A stretch of DNA of 64,000 bases from the NCBI GenBank assembly GCA_963848295.1, contig CAWKDB010000011.1, forward strand, positions 705,882 through 769,881, written 5' to 3'. The position numbers and the translations under genes are program-made. The stretch comes from an uncultured delta proteobacterium (GTDB taxonomy: Bacteria > Myxococcota_A > Polyangia > Haliangiales > Haliangiaceae). The notes beneath the pieces are model-generated. The model had not been told where the DNA came from and did no database searches. It was given only the letters and a program-made list of their open reading frames with translations. Shown in pieces: positions 42,906 to 54,092 of the stretch (the first letter of the stretch is position 1; the number at the start of each line of letters is the position of its first letter).

Positions 42906-43676
42906 TCAGTGGCGCGTGTCCATGCAGCCGAGCGTCGTGCCGGCGCAGTTGCCGACATCCAGCGGCGTCGTGTTCGCGTCGTGGTCACGCTTGCGCTTCG
43001 CGTCGTCGATCGCCCGCTGCACGGCTAGGCGATGCTTCGCGGCGGCGTCGAGATCGCGCTGAACCCCCGCAACTTCGATCGCGGTTCTTGCGGTCCCGAG
43101 CTTCGCGGTCAACGCCGCGATCTCGGCATCGAGCTGTTCGAGCTGGCGCGCGAACACGGCGAGCTGCTGCCGGGCCGTAACGAGCCCAACGTGCGCGAGC
43201 TCCGCCTCGCGCACGGCAGCCCGCGCTCGCTCCGCTGCCGCGGTCGACTCGCGGTCGCTTTGCACCGCGAGCCACAACAGCCCGACCGCCGCGACACCGA
43301 AAATCGCGCTGATCGCGATCATCCACGTCGGGCGTTTGCGCGCGATCAGCTCGCGGCGGAGCTGGAGCTCGGCCGCTTGGCGCTCTTGTTCCAAGGCGAT
43401 GCGATGGCGCTCGTGCGTCGCCGCTTCGGCAGCCGCGGCCGCGAGGCGCGCTTGCTTCTCCGCTTCGGCCTTGGCCTCTTCGATCCGGATCCGCGCGGCG
43501 CGCTCGGCGTCGACCTCGGCTTGGCGCCTCGCCTCGCGATCGGCGATCTCGCGCTCGATGGCCGCCGCTCGGCTGTCCTGCGCCGCCTCGACCGCCGCGC
43601 GTTCTTCAGCGATCCGCTGGTGCTCGATCGCCTTGAGCTCGGCGAGCGACGCCAACATCGAATTCTCGATTCGCAT
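42906..43676 (-). CDS. Coiled-coil single-pass membrane protein (paralog 2)
   Basis: ENSMLASLAELKAIE..KRPTWM + TM + coiled coil + C-terminal Cys pair. Confidence 0.75.
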   Translation of the reverse strand: MRIENSMLASLAELKAIEHQRIAEERAAVEAAQDSRAAAIEREIADREARRQAEVDAERAARIRIEEAKAEAEKQARLAAAAAEAATHERHRIALEQERQAAELQLRRELIARKRPTWMIAISAIFGVAAVGLLWLAVQSDRESTAAAERARAAVREAELAHVGLVTARQQLAVFARQLEQLDAEIAALTAKLGTARTAIEVAGVQRDLDAAAKHRLAVQRAIDDAKRKRDHDANTTPLDVGNCAGTTLGCMDTRH

Positions 43677-43739
43677 GCCACGAAGGACAGCGCGAGCCGG
43701 TCGCGGGTTGCGGCGCTCGACACCAGCCCGGGCGCACGA

Positions 43740-43770
43740 ACGAAAAAAGGCGCCCGGAGGCGCCTCTCGT
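43740..43770 (-). terminator. Rho-independent terminator
   Basis: Minus strand GAGGCGCC-tccg-GGCGCCTTTTTT. Confidence 0.75.
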
Positions 43771-43794
43771 CACGACACGCGAGCGAGCGCGCGG

Positions 43795-44574
43795 CTAGGA
43801 ACAGCCCTTCGCGAGCGGGTTGTCGAGGCACTCCTGCTTGACGTGGACGCCCTTCATCCGCTCGTTGTGCTCGGCAGCGGCCTTGGCTGCCGCCGCGTTC
43901 GCCTTCATCTCGGCCTGCTCCTTCTGGAGCTGCTGCAGGTGGGCCTGCGCGGCGGCGATATCCGCCTGGCTCTTCGCGTTCGCGACGTCGCTGACCGCCT
44001 TGTCGATCTTCTCTTGCTGATCGGCGACCGCGAGCTCGAGCTTATGGACCTTCTCGGCCGCATCGGCAGACCGCTTCTCGGCCTCGAGCTTGGCCGCTTG
44101 CGCCTGCTGCTCGGCCTTCGCCGAGTCGGACGACTCGTTCATCTTCATCACGGCGAACACGATGCCGACGACCAGGCCGACGATCGCGATGCCGGTGACC
44201 GCGAGCATCCAGGTCGGACGCTTCTGCGCGATGTCGGCGCGGCGCAGCTCCATCTCGTGTTGCAACCTCTGCTGCTCGAGAGCCGCTTGCTGGCGCTGCC
44301 GTTCGGCGGCCTCGGCGGACTCGACCCGCATCCGGGCCTCTCGTTCGGCGTTCTCACGTGCGGTCTCGACCGACAGCAGGTGATCGCGCTCGGCGCGGAT
44401 CTTCGCTTCCTCGGCCTCGCGGATGCGACGAGCCTCTTCCTGCTGAGCCTGGATGCGCGCCTCTTCGGCGGTACGCACGGCATGCTCTTCTTCTTGGACG
44501 CGGTTCTCCTCGATCTGCCGCAGCTCGCGGAGTGAGAACAAGACCGAGTTCTCGCGCTTTTCGCCCTGAGCCAT
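43795..44574 (-). CDS. Coiled-coil single-pass membrane protein (paralog 1)
   Basis: RENSVLFSLRELRQIEE..KRPTWM + TM + coiled coil + CLDNPLAKGC. Confidence 0.8.
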   Translation of the reverse strand: MAQGEKRENSVLFSLRELRQIEENRVQEEEHAVRTAEEARIQAQQEEARRIREAEEAKIRAERDHLLSVETARENAEREARMRVESAEAAERQRQQAALEQQRLQHEMELRRADIAQKRPTWMLAVTGIAIVGLVVGIVFAVMKMNESSDSAKAEQQAQAAKLEAEKRSADAAEKVHKLELAVADQQEKIDKAVSDVANAKSQADIAAAQAHLQQLQKEQAEMKANAAAAKAAAEHNERMKGVHVKQECLDNPLAKGCS

Positions 44575-44749
44575 TTATTGTCCCTTACCGGCGGTGCCGG
44601 ACCCTCCGATCAGTAACACGCGCGATCCCTCCGAGCAATGACGACGCGCACTTGGGCCCCGAGGCCGATCGATCCGACCGCACCCCGTTCGGGCCCGTTC
44701 ACCGGCCCCTAGACGGGCGAGAGCCCATCGCGCTACACCGGCACACCCG

Positions 44750-45464
44750 ATGGGTTACGTCGATCTCCACAGCCACGTGCTGTACGGCCTCGACGACGGC
44801 GCTCCCGACCAAGCGACCGCGGTCGCCATGCTCGATGGGCTCGCCGCGTTGGGGATCACCGAGCAGTGCCTGACGCCGCACCAGAAGGCTTCGCAGTACT
44901 TGCCGTCGCTCGACGCGATCGAGCACACCTTGGTCGCGCTCGAAAAGATCCGCGCCCCACATCATCCGACGCTGCGTCTCGCGGCCGAGAACATGTGGGA
45001 TGATGTATTCTTCCGCCGGGTGCAAGAAGACGCGATCCCGAGCTATCGAGGGACGCGCGCGTTTCTCGTCGAGATCCCGCCGCCCATCGTGCCGCCCGGG
45101 ATGATCGACCAGCTGTTCAAGTTTCGGATGGCCGGCAAGGTCCCGGTCCTGGCTCACCCGGAGCGTTACCACGCGATGTGGGGCGATGACGAGTTCGCGG
45201 CGTCGGTGCGCAAGAGCTGCGCATTCCAGATCGATCTCGGCGCGATCGCGCGGCTTCCACGGCAAGCGCGAGGCCAAGCAAGCGCGTCACTTCATCGAGA
45301 ACGGCATGGCGACCGCCGTCGCGACCGATGCGCACCACGTCGGCGATCTGCAGCAGGCACAGCAGGGGCTCGCGTGGATCGACAAGAAGCTCGGGCACGC
45401 CGCGGTGATCCGGCTGTTCGATCACGCGCCGCGCGCGCTGCTCGGCGGAGAGCTGCCCGACTGA
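44750..45464 (+). CDS. CpsB/CapC-type PHP tyrosine phosphatase (apparent frameshift near 45251)
   Basis: DLHSHVL..DDGA, TPH, LAHPERY; ATDAHH in the next frame. Confidence 0.85.
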
Positions 45465-46573
45465 TGCGGCTCGCGATCAATCTCGTGCTCTCGGCCGCGA
45501 TGCTGACGCTGTTCATGTGGCTGGTCTGGCCGGATCATCTGACCCGCGAGAAGCTGTCGTTCGCGATCGGCCTGCTCGACCTCGCGACGATGGCGCCATA
45601 TCTCGCCGCGTACGTCGCGCTGCTCGTGATCATGCACTTGTGTCGCTCGTTGCGCTGGAACAACCTGCTCGCGCCGCTCGGCATCCGCGTGCCGGCCGGG
45701 CCGCTGGTCGCGATCTCGTCGGTCGGATTCATGGCGATCCTCGCGTTACCGGCGCGGCTCGGCGAGTTCGTCCGGCCCGGGCTGATGCGCAAGCGCGGCG
45801 TGTCGGCGTCGGCCGCACTCGGTACGGTCGCGGTCGAGCGCATCGTCGACGGCTTGTTGATCTCGCTGTTCGTATTCGGCGCGTTCTTCTCGCTGCGCGG
45901 TCCCGATTCCCCGCGCTGGATGATGCCGACCGCGTACGCGGCGCTCGGGGTGTTCGGCGCGGCGCTGGTCTCTCTGATCTTCGCGATGCGCTGGCCGGTC
46001 AAGACCGTGCGGTTCGGGCTCGCGCTGAGCCTGTTGCCGAAGCTGTCGCCGCGGATCGCCGGCGTGATCGAGGCCAAGCTGCTCGACATGATCCGCGGCT
46101 TCGATGTGCTGCGCGACAAGAAGAACCTCAGCATCTTCGTGGGGTGGAGCCTGGTCTACTGGGGAGCGAACGGCCTCGGCCTGTGGGTGCTGGCGCGCGG
46201 CTTCGGCCCGGTGTTCGACTGGGCGCACCTGCCGCCGCTGACCGTGCTGGGCGCGTTCGCGTCGATGGGCCTGGTCGCGGTCGGGATCACGTTGCCGAAT
46301 TCCCCGGGCATGGTCGGACAGTTTCAATGGTTCATGCAGCTCGGCGTGTCGCTGTACCTGGGCGGCGCGGTCCTTGTGAAAGACAGCGACCCGTACGTCG
46401 CGGTCTACGCGTTCGCGAGCGCCCACTACGTGCTCCAGGTCATCTGGTACATCGCGATGGGCGCGATCGCGCTGTCGACGCCGTGGGTGTCATTCCACGA
46501 CCTGTGGACCGCGCGCGCCAAGCCGGCCGGCGACGCGACGGCTGAAAAAACTGGCGAGCCGGTCGCAGAGTAG
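45464..46573 (+). CDS. Lysylphosphatidylglycerol synthase TM / flippase-like protein
   Basis: [32 protein letters not shown]. Confidence 0.82.
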   Translation: MRLAINLVLSAAMLTLFMWLVWPDHLTREKLSFAIGLLDLATMAPYLAAYVALLVIMHLCRSLRWNNLLAPLGIRVPAGPLVAISSVGFMAILALPARLGEFVRPGLMRKRGVSASAALGTVAVERIVDGLLISLFVFGAFFSLRGPDSPRWMMPTAYAALGVFGAALVSLIFAMRWPVKTVRFGLALSLLPKLSPRIAGVIEAKLLDMIRGFDVLRDKKNLSIFVGWSLVYWGANGLGLWVLARGFGPVFDWAHLPPLTVLGAFASMGLVAVGITLPNSPGMVGQFQWFMQLGVSLYLGGAVLVKDSDPYVAVYAFASAHYVLQVIWYIAMGAIALSTPWVSFHDLWTARAKPAGDATAEKTGEPVAE

Positions 46574-46587
46574 CGACGATCGGCGCC

Positions 46588-47091
46588 ATGCGCCGCTTCG
46601 CAATCGTCGCCGCTTTGCTCGCGAGCTCGAGCATCGCGGACGCACGCTCGGAAAAGACGCTCGCCTATCCGCGCGATCAAGCGTGGCCGACCGCAGTGCG
46701 GTTCGTGCGCGTCGACGAGCACCTCAAGATCGTCGAGAAGGACCGCGACGCCGGCTACGTGCTGTTCGAGCTCAAGGAAGACAAGCAGACGTTCCGCGGC
46801 TCGCTCGAGGTGATCGACGCGACGGTGGACGGCCAGCACGTCGTGAAGTTCGTCATCGAGATCGCGGATCGCCCGAGCTGGACCGAGATCGCGATGCTGA
46901 ACCGCCTCGAGTACAAGCTGCGAGAAGAGCTCGGCGCGCCGTCGCCGACGCCGCCGCCGGTAGACAAGAAGCCCAAGCCCAAAGGCGACGGGGACGCTCC
47001 GAAGAAAGATCCGCCGGCGGGCGACGAGCCCGGGCCGAGCACGGACGACCCGCCGCCGCCGGATGGGCCGCCGATCTCGCCGACTCCGTGA
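46588..47091 (+). CDS. Hypothetical secreted protein with Pro-rich tail
   Basis: Signal peptide ending ADA; AVRFVRVD..IVEKDRDAGYVLF. Confidence 0.7.
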   Translation: MRRFAIVAALLASSSIADARSEKTLAYPRDQAWPTAVRFVRVDEHLKIVEKDRDAGYVLFELKEDKQTFRGSLEVIDATVDGQHVVKFVIEIADRPSWTEIAMLNRLEYKLREELGAPSPTPPPVDKKPKPKGDGDAPKKDPPAGDEPGPSTDDPPPPDGPPISPTP

Positions 47092-47175
47092 TCGATCGTG
47101 TACGAGGACGTGCACGCGTCACGTGCCACGTGCACGTGCTCGTACGCGATCCGATCTCCGGGTAGTCTCACCGGC

Positions 47176-48230
47176 ATGATCGATCTTCGCAGCGATACGG
47201 TCACGCGCCCGGGCGCCGCGATGCGCGCGGCAATGGCGAACGCCGAGGTCGGCGACGACGTGTTCGGCGACGATCCGACGGTCCGGGCACTCGAGGCGCG
47301 CGTCGCCGAGCTGCTCGGCAAGGAAGCGTCGCTGTGGGTGCCGACCGGCACGATGGCGAACCAGCTCGCGCTGCGCGCGCAGACGCACCACGGCGACGAG
47401 GTGATCCTCGGCGTCGCGACCCATTGCTGGCGCCACGAATCGGGCGCGCTCGCCGCACTCGCCGGCGTCCAGACCCAGGTCGTCGGTGACGACGGCCGAT
47501 TCACCGCGGCCGACGTCCACGCCGGGTTCAAGGGCAACGATCCGTATCAGTCGCCGACGCGGCTGGTCGCGGCGGAGAACACGCACGGCAACTCCGGCGG
47601 CATGGTGTGGGATCAAGCGCAGCTCGACGCGGTCGTGGCGGCGGCGCACGAGCTCGGCATGCTCGCGCACCTCGACGGCGCGCGGCTGTGGAACGCCGCG
47701 ATCGCGACCGGCTTGCCCGAGCACCGGCTCGCCGCCGGGTTCGACTCGGTGAGCGTGTGCCTGTCGAAGGGGCTCGGCGCGCCGGCTGGGTCGATGATCG
47801 CGGGCTCGCGCGGGCTGATCACCGCCTGCCACCGGCTGCGCAAGATGTACGGCGGCGGCATGCGCCAGGTCGGGATCCTCGCCGCGGCCGGCCTGTATGC
47901 GCTCGACCATCACCGCGCGCGGATCGCCGACGATCACGCGCACGCGCAAGGTCGTTCGCCGAGGCCCTCGCCGGCGTGCCCGGGCTGCGCATCCACGCGC
48001 CGCAGACCAACATCGTGATGATCGATCTCGAGCGCGCGACCACCGCGGACGTGATCGCGCGCGCGCGCGCCGCCGGCGTGCTGATCGGCGCGAATCGGGT
48101 CGACGCCAGGGCGACGCCGGTCCGCGCGCACCAGGTCCAGCAGCTCCGCGTCGTGTTCCATCTCGACGTCGGTCGGCAGGACGCCGAGCGCGCCGCCGCC
48201 GTGTTCCGGGAGATCGCGACGGCGCCGTGA
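47176..48230 (+). CDS. ltaE: Low-specificity L-threonine aldolase (apparent frameshift near 47947)
   Basis: IDLRSDTVT, GTMANQ, HLDGARLWNA, CLSKGLGAP, GGGMRQVG; QTNIV in the next frame. Confidence 0.9.
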
Positions 48231-49264
48231 CCCGCGCCGCCGCGCTCGCGATCGCGCTCGCCACGTCCGCGTGCTCCGCGCCCGCGACGTTGCCCGAGCT
48301 GGCGCAGGCCGAGATGCGCGCCGACGCCGGCGATGTCGAAGGTGCGGTCGCCGCGTACCACCTCGCGCAGCAGCGTTGCCATCAGCTCCGGCCGGCGCGG
48401 CGCGCGAAGGCGGCGTGCGGCGATGCGTTGCTCGGCGAGGCCGAGACGCTCGAACGCGCCCATCAGGACGAACGCGCGCTCGACACCTACTCGGCGATTC
48501 CGGCGCGCACGCTCGACGACCCGACGACCGCGGCGACCGCGACCTATCGCGCGGGCGCGCTCGCGCTCCGGCTCGGTCGGATCGTGCCGGCGTGGACCGC
48601 GCTGTGGAAGACCGTGACCGATTGGCCGGACGAACCGATCGCCGGCGACGCGCTGTCGCTGCTGCTCACCGATGGCCGGACGCGCGATCCCCGCGCGCTC
48701 GCCGACGAGATCGGCAAGCTGCTGACCTCACTCGCGGAGACCGAGGTCGCCGACAACCTCGTGTGGTCGCTCGCCGACCTCGACGCCCACGAGCTCGCGA
48801 ATCCGGCGGCGGCGCGCGCGTTGTACGACCGCATCCCGGTCGACTATCCGAACAGCGGCCTGCGCGACGATGCGCGCTGGTTCGCGGCGCAGCTATCGCG
48901 CCAGCTCGGCGATCCGGCCGGCGCCGTGCAGCGGCTGCGCGGTTTGCTCGCGACCCGCGAGGTCGCGTTCATGGCGGGCAGCTACTTCTCGATCTGGCTC
49001 GACGACGCTCAGCTCCAGCTCGGCCAGATCCTGCGCGACGACTTGCACGATCCCAAGGGCGCGATCGCCGCGTTTCGCCGGTTGCCGAAGGATTATCCCG
49101 ACTCGATCTTGCGCGACGACGCGCTGTACGAGCTCGCGATGACGCTCGAGCAGACCGGCGACCACCCGGGCGCGTGTGCGGCCGCGGCGGACCTCGTCAA
49201 GCTCGAGCCCGACTCGAAGTATGTCCCCAGGCTCGCGCCGCTCGCATGCAAGGCGGCGAAATGA
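48227..49264 (+). CDS. TPR-repeat lipoprotein
   Basis: TSAC lipobox; DYPNSGLRDDA and DYPDSILRDDALY repeats. Confidence 0.75.
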   Translation: MTRAAALAIALATSACSAPATLPELAQAEMRADAGDVEGAVAAYHLAQQRCHQLRPARRAKAACGDALLGEAETLERAHQDERALDTYSAIPARTLDDPTTAATATYRAGALALRLGRIVPAWTALWKTVTDWPDEPIAGDALSLLLTDGRTRDPRALADEIGKLLTSLAETEVADNLVWSLADLDAHELANPAAARALYDRIPVDYPNSGLRDDARWFAAQLSRQLGDPAGAVQRLRGLLATREVAFMAGSYFSIWLDDAQLQLGQILRDDLHDPKGAIAAFRRLPKDYPDSILRDDALYELAMTLEQTGDHPGACAAAADLVKLEPDSKYVPRLAPLACKAAK

Positions 49265-50021
49265 CCGCGCCGACCGCGATCCGCATCCACGATGTCCACA
49301 AGCGTTTCGGCCGGCGCGAGGTGTTGTCCGGCGTGTCGCTCGACGTCGCGCGCGGCGGCAAGCTCGGCCTCATCGGGCCAGCCGCATCCGGCAAGAGCGT
49401 CCTGCTCAAGTTGATCTGCGGGCTCGATCAGCCGGATCGCGGCGAGATCGAGGTGCTCGGCGAGTCGGTCGTCGGCAAGCGCGAGGTCGGGCTCGGCGCG
49501 CTCCGGCAACGTATCGGCATGCTGTTCCAGAACTATGCGTTGTTCGACTTCTTGTCGGTCGAGGACAACGTACGCGTTCCCGCTCGTCCAGCGCGGCGGC
49601 TTGACCGAGGTCGAGCTCGCGACTCGCACCGCGGATCGGTTGCGCGCGGTCGGGCTCGCCGGCAGCGAGCACAAGTTGACCGCCGAGCTGTCCGGCGGCA
49701 TGAAGAAGCGCGTCGGCATCGCACGCGCGACCGTATCCGACGGCGAGCTCGTTATCTACGACGAGCCGAGCGCCGGGTCTCGACCCGGTGACGACCCAAA
49801 AGATCTACGACCTGCTCGCCGCCGACCAGCAGCGAACCGGCGCGACCGTCATCGCGGTATCGTCCGACGTCGTGGCGCTCGCCCAGTTCGTCGACGAGAT
49901 CGCGTTTCTCTACCAGGGCCACATCGCGTATCGCGGCGCCGCCAAGACGATCGCGGACGCGCCGGATGCCGCGGTCCGCCAGTTCGTCCGCGGCGAGCTC
50001 GAGGGGCCGCTTGGCGAGTAA
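49261..50021 (+). CDS. MlaF-like ABC ATPase 1 (apparent frameshifts near 49573 and 49778)
   Basis: [48 protein letters not shown]. Confidence 0.82.
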
Positions 50022-50802
50022 CGAGTGGGCGCTCACCCGCGCGGTGGCCGGCATCGGTGCCGGCGCGATGCGGATCGCCGAGGAGGTCGGCGGGATCGTC
50101 GTGCTGACCGGCCAGGTGCTGCGCGCGCTCGTTCCGCCGCGCATCGATCGGCGCGAGCTGTTCAAGAACCTCTACAAGATGGGCAACAAGTCGGTGCCGA
50201 TCGTCGTGCTCACCGCGTTCTTCGCGGGCGGGTTGATGACGCTGCAGAGCGCGCCGTTCGTCAAGAAGCTGAACGCGACCTCGCTCGCCGGCTGGGGCGC
50301 GGGCTACGCGGTGCTACGCGAGATCGGGCCGATCCTGATAGCGCTCATGTTCTCCGGTCGGGTCGGCGCGAACAACACCGCCGAGCTCGCGACGATGACC
50401 GTGACCGAACAGCTCGATGGCCTGCGCGCGCTCGCGATCGATCCGGTGCGCTTCCTCGTCGTGCCGCGCGTGATCGCGATGATGGTGATGCTCGTCGCGC
50501 TGACCGTGATCGGCGATCAGGTCGCGCTGCTCGGCGCCTCGGTCGTCGGCCGATCGATGCTCGACATCTCGTGGTCGACGATGTTTCATAGCTTCGCCGA
50601 CAACCTCAAGCCCTACGACTTCCTGCACGGCGTCTACAAGTCGATCGCGTTCGGCGGCGCGATCGCGGTGTCGAGCTGTTACTTCGGCGTCACCGTCAAA
50701 GGCGGCGCGGTCGGCGTCGGTCGCGCGGTCAACGCCGCGGTCGTCGCAGCCGCGGTGTCGATCATGCTGCTCGATTTCTTCCTGACGTACACCACCGGAT
50801 GA
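50011..50802 (+). CDS. MlaE-family permease 1
   Basis: [27 protein letters not shown]. Confidence 0.88.
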   Translation: MASNEWALTRAVAGIGAGAMRIAEEVGGIVVLTGQVLRALVPPRIDRRELFKNLYKMGNKSVPIVVLTAFFAGGLMTLQSAPFVKKLNATSLAGWGAGYAVLREIGPILIALMFSGRVGANNTAELATMTVTEQLDGLRALAIDPVRFLVVPRVIAMMVMLVALTVIGDQVALLGASVVGRSMLDISWSTMFHSFADNLKPYDFLHGVYKSIAFGGAIAVSSCYFGVTVKGGAVGVGRAVNAAVVAAAVSIMLLDFFLTYTTG

Positions 50803-51615
50803 GCTCCTGGGCCCACAGACGGATCACGCGGCTCGGCGGCAACGCCGTCGCGGTCGGTCGCGCGATCCGCGAGCTGTGGATGGTCTACGTCAGCACGATC
50901 GCCGGCATCTATCGCAACCTCCGGCGCACGACCGGCTCTCCGCGCGGCGAGCTCTTGCGCCAGATGTACTCGATCGGCAATCGCTCGCTGTTCTTCATCA
51001 TCGTCACGCTCGGGTTCATCGGCATGGTGATGACGTACGAGGCGTGCCTCCAGCTGTCGCGCGTGACCGGCGAATATTCGCAGGTCGGGGCCACAATTCC
51101 TGCGGCTGATCGTCTCTGACTTCGGACCGACGCTCGCCGGGCTGATGCTCGCGACGCGGGTCGGCGCAGGTATCGCGGCCGAGATCGGCTCGATGAAGGT
51201 GACCGAGCAGATCGACGCGCTGCGCATGAGCGGCGTGTTGCCGATCGACTACCTGATCGTCCCGCGGTTCCTGGCGTCGCTCGTGATGACCGTGATGCTG
51301 ACCGTGGTCGGCTCGGGCGTGATGTACGCCGCCGGCGGGTTGACCGCGCAGTACTCGTTCGGGGTCAATCCGCACGTCTACTTCGACATCTCGCAGGTTC
51401 GACCGCGCCACCTGATCATGATGACGATCAAGGCCGCCGCGTTCGGCGCCGCGATCCCGATCGTCGCCGGGTTCTGCGGGCTGCGCGCGCGCGGCAGCTC
51501 GGAAGGCGTCGGCTGGGCGACCACCGCGGCGGTGATCGGGAGCTCGTTCGCGGTGATCGCGCTCGACTTCGTGATCTCGGCGGCCGCGCTGTTCGTCACC
51601 GGCGGTGACCTGTGA
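50799..51615 (+). CDS. MlaE-family permease 2 (apparent frameshift near 51090)
   Basis: [36 protein letters not shown]. Confidence 0.85.
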
Positions 51616-52376
51616 CCACCGCGTACATCGAGTTCAAGGACGTGCGCAAGGCGTTCGCCGGCAAGCCGGTGCTGCGAGGCATGAACCTCGCGGTCACCAA
51701 GGGCGAGGTGTTGTTCATCATCGGCACGTCGGGCGTCGGCAAGTCGGTCACGATCAAACATCTGATCGGCCTGTTGCGCGTCGATGCCGGCGAGATCTGG
51801 TTCGACGGCACGCGCGTCGATCAGCTCGGCGAGGCCGCGCTCGGCCCGCTGCGCAGACGGATCGGCATGGTGTTCCAGAGCTCGACGCTGTTCGACTCGA
51901 TGACGCTGGCCGAGAACGTCGCGCTGCCGCTGCGCAAGCACAAGTCGCTCGGTGAACGCGCCGCGCTCGAGGATGCGCGCGCCCGGCTCGCGCAGGTCTA
52001 CATGCAGGACTACGCCGATCGCTATCCGGCCGAGCTATCGGACGGCATGCGCAAACGCGCGGCGATCGCGCGCACGCTCGCGTTGGACCCCGAGGTCGTG
52101 TTGTTCGACGAGCCGACGACCGGTCTCGATCCGGTCAGCGCGCGGCGCATCGATCGGCTGATCCGCGAGCTCGCCGGCAAGCTCGGCGTCACCGCCGTCG
52201 TCGTGTCGCACGATCCGGCGTCGATCTTCAGCACCGCCGATCGCGTCGCGTTTCTCTATCAGGGCGTCGTCCACGTCGTCGCGACGCCCGCCGAGCTGCG
52301 GGCGTCCCCGGATCCGGTCGTCCAGCAGTTCATCCTCGGCAAGTCGAGCGGTCCGATGGAGACGCCCGGGTTCTGA
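51612..52376 (+). CDS. MlaF-like ABC ATPase 2
   Basis: [30 protein letters not shown]. Confidence 0.9.
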   Translation: MTTAYIEFKDVRKAFAGKPVLRGMNLAVTKGEVLFIIGTSGVGKSVTIKHLIGLLRVDAGEIWFDGTRVDQLGEAALGPLRRRIGMVFQSSTLFDSMTLAENVALPLRKHKSLGERAALEDARARLAQVYMQDYADRYPAELSDGMRKRAAIARTLALDPEVVLFDEPTTGLDPVSARRIDRLIRELAGKLGVTAVVVSHDPASIFSTADRVAFLYQGVVHVVATPAELRASPDPVVQQFILGKSSGPMETPGF

Positions 52377-52389
52377 CGATCGCGCTGGG

Positions 52390-52977
52390 CTAGCGCCGCT
52401 CGCCACCGACGATGGTTCCAACCCGATCGACATAAATGTCGTCGACCGCGAGCTCGATGTCGATCGAATCGAGCGAGAACCGCTCGCCGGCGCTGTACTC
52501 GTCGAGATGCCAGCGTCGCCCGTCGCGGCGGTAGACCTCGATCCGTCGCTCGTCCTGTGCGACGAGCATGTACTCGCGCAGCGCCGGCAGTCGGCGATAG
52601 GCGGCGAACTTGTCGATGCGATCGAAGTCCGCCGTCGAGTCTGATAACACCTCGACGATCAACGTCGGATTGACGACGGCGTGGTCGTCGTCGGCGTCAC
52701 GCTCGGGGTCGCCGCACACGACGAACACGTCCGGGTAGGTCGCTCGATCCGCGGCGCGAATCCGCACGCGCAGATCCGACGGCAACACGATGCACGGGCG
52801 GCCGTCGAGCGCGCGATCGAAGATGGCACTGACGCGACTGATCAACCTCGCATGCGCGACCGTGCCGCCGGACATCGCCACGATCTCGCCAGAGATGTAC
52901 TCGCGCTTGATCTCGGCGTCGTTCGCGATCGCCACGTACTCCGCATACGTGGCTCGCTGGCGCGCGACGTCGACCAT
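52390..52977 (-). CDS. Uma2 family endonuclease
   Basis: EYISGEIVAMSGGT..H, YPDVFVVC, PTLIVEVLSDST, DKFAAY. Confidence 0.9.
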   Translation of the reverse strand: MVDVARQRATYAEYVAIANDAEIKREYISGEIVAMSGGTVAHARLISRVSAIFDRALDGRPCIVLPSDLRVRIRAADRATYPDVFVVCGDPERDADDDHAVVNPTLIVEVLSDSTADFDRIDKFAAYRRLPALREYMLVAQDERRIEVYRRDGRRWHLDEYSAGERFSLDSIDIELAVDDIYVDRVGTIVGGERR

Positions 52978-53028
52978 GCTTCAACTTACCATCAGCAAGC
53001 TACCGACGCGCAGGTTTACCCGTGGCGG

Positions 53029-54092
53029 TCAGTGGTCCTGCGGGTGACCGATGATTCGCCACGGCTGCCGCTTGAGGATCTTGCCGAGCTCCTTCGCGTC
53101 TTCGGGAAACTCGGGGTCCTTCATCAGCTTGCCGATCGAGCCGTCGCCGCGCGCGATCGCGGCGTCGAGCGCGTCGATCTGGGCGAGCAGCGGGTCGAGC
53201 TTTGCGATCGCTTCGCGCGTGCGATCGATCGCAGCCTGGAGACTCGCGATCGCTTGATCGCCTTTCGTGCCGAGCCGCGCACGGAGCGCATCGACGCTCG
53301 CGCTCAACGCGGTGAGCGACGTGCCGAGCCGGCCGACGTCGGCGCGGCCCGCTTCTAACACGGTGCGGCCGAGCGCGATCGTCGCGGCCAGCTTCGCGCG
53401 ACCCGCTTCACCGCCGAGCCCGACGTCGCGCAGCTGCGCGATCTGGTCGGCGATCGTGCGCGCATCGAGCGCGAGCGGCGCGAGCTGGGCGATGCCCGGC
53501 AACGGATCGGGTGCGTTCGGATCGAGATGGGTTCGCAACAGCGCGACCTGGGCGCGCAGCGCCTCGAGCTCGGGCCGGAGCCCGTCGGTGAACGCCGCGA
53601 GGCTCTGCAGGTTGTCCCAGGTTCGCTGGATCACGCGATCGAGGGTCGGCGGATCGCGGCCGAGCAGCTCGTCGCCGTCCGCGAACCCCGGACCGGGACC
53701 TGGCGCGGGGCCGAGCTCGAGGTACTTGTCCGACAGCGCGCCGCGCGACGCGACGAAGATGTCGCCGCCCTTCTGCAGCTCGGGCGCGCGCTTCGCGTCG
53801 AGCGCGACGATCGCGACCACGCCTTGGTCACCCGCGAGCGGGCCCGGCGCACCCTTGGGAACCAGCGCGATCGTCTCGATCCGTCCGACCGCCTTGCCGG
53901 CGACGACGAACGGCGCGCCTTCATGCAAGCCGCCGGTGACGTGGAGGTAGACGCGAATGCGAACGTGCGAGCCCCACTCGATGTGGCCGTACACGAACAC
54001 GAAGAAACCGATCGCGGCTGCGATCAGCCCGAGCGAGATCGCCCCGACCCGCCGCGCGACCTGTGGATCCCCGCCGACGATCAGGCGGTCAT
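53029..54092 (-). CDS. MCE/MlaD family protein 2 (start probably frameshifted)
   Basis: GGLHEGAPF..GKAVGRIE, GALSDKYLEL, GDGSIGKLMKD..LKRQPW; ATG 54092 is one base out of frame with RLIVGGD..TM. Confidence 0.75.

Noticed and set aside
44750..46573. Phosphatase-flippase fusion protein (607 aa)
   Set aside because: It is produced by a frameshift near 45251; the phosphatase C-terminus continues in another frame and stops at 45464, where the second gene starts.
52390..52977. Uma2 gene as part of a defence system
   Set aside because: It is a solitary member of a commonly expanded family with no methylase or other defence partner adjacent.
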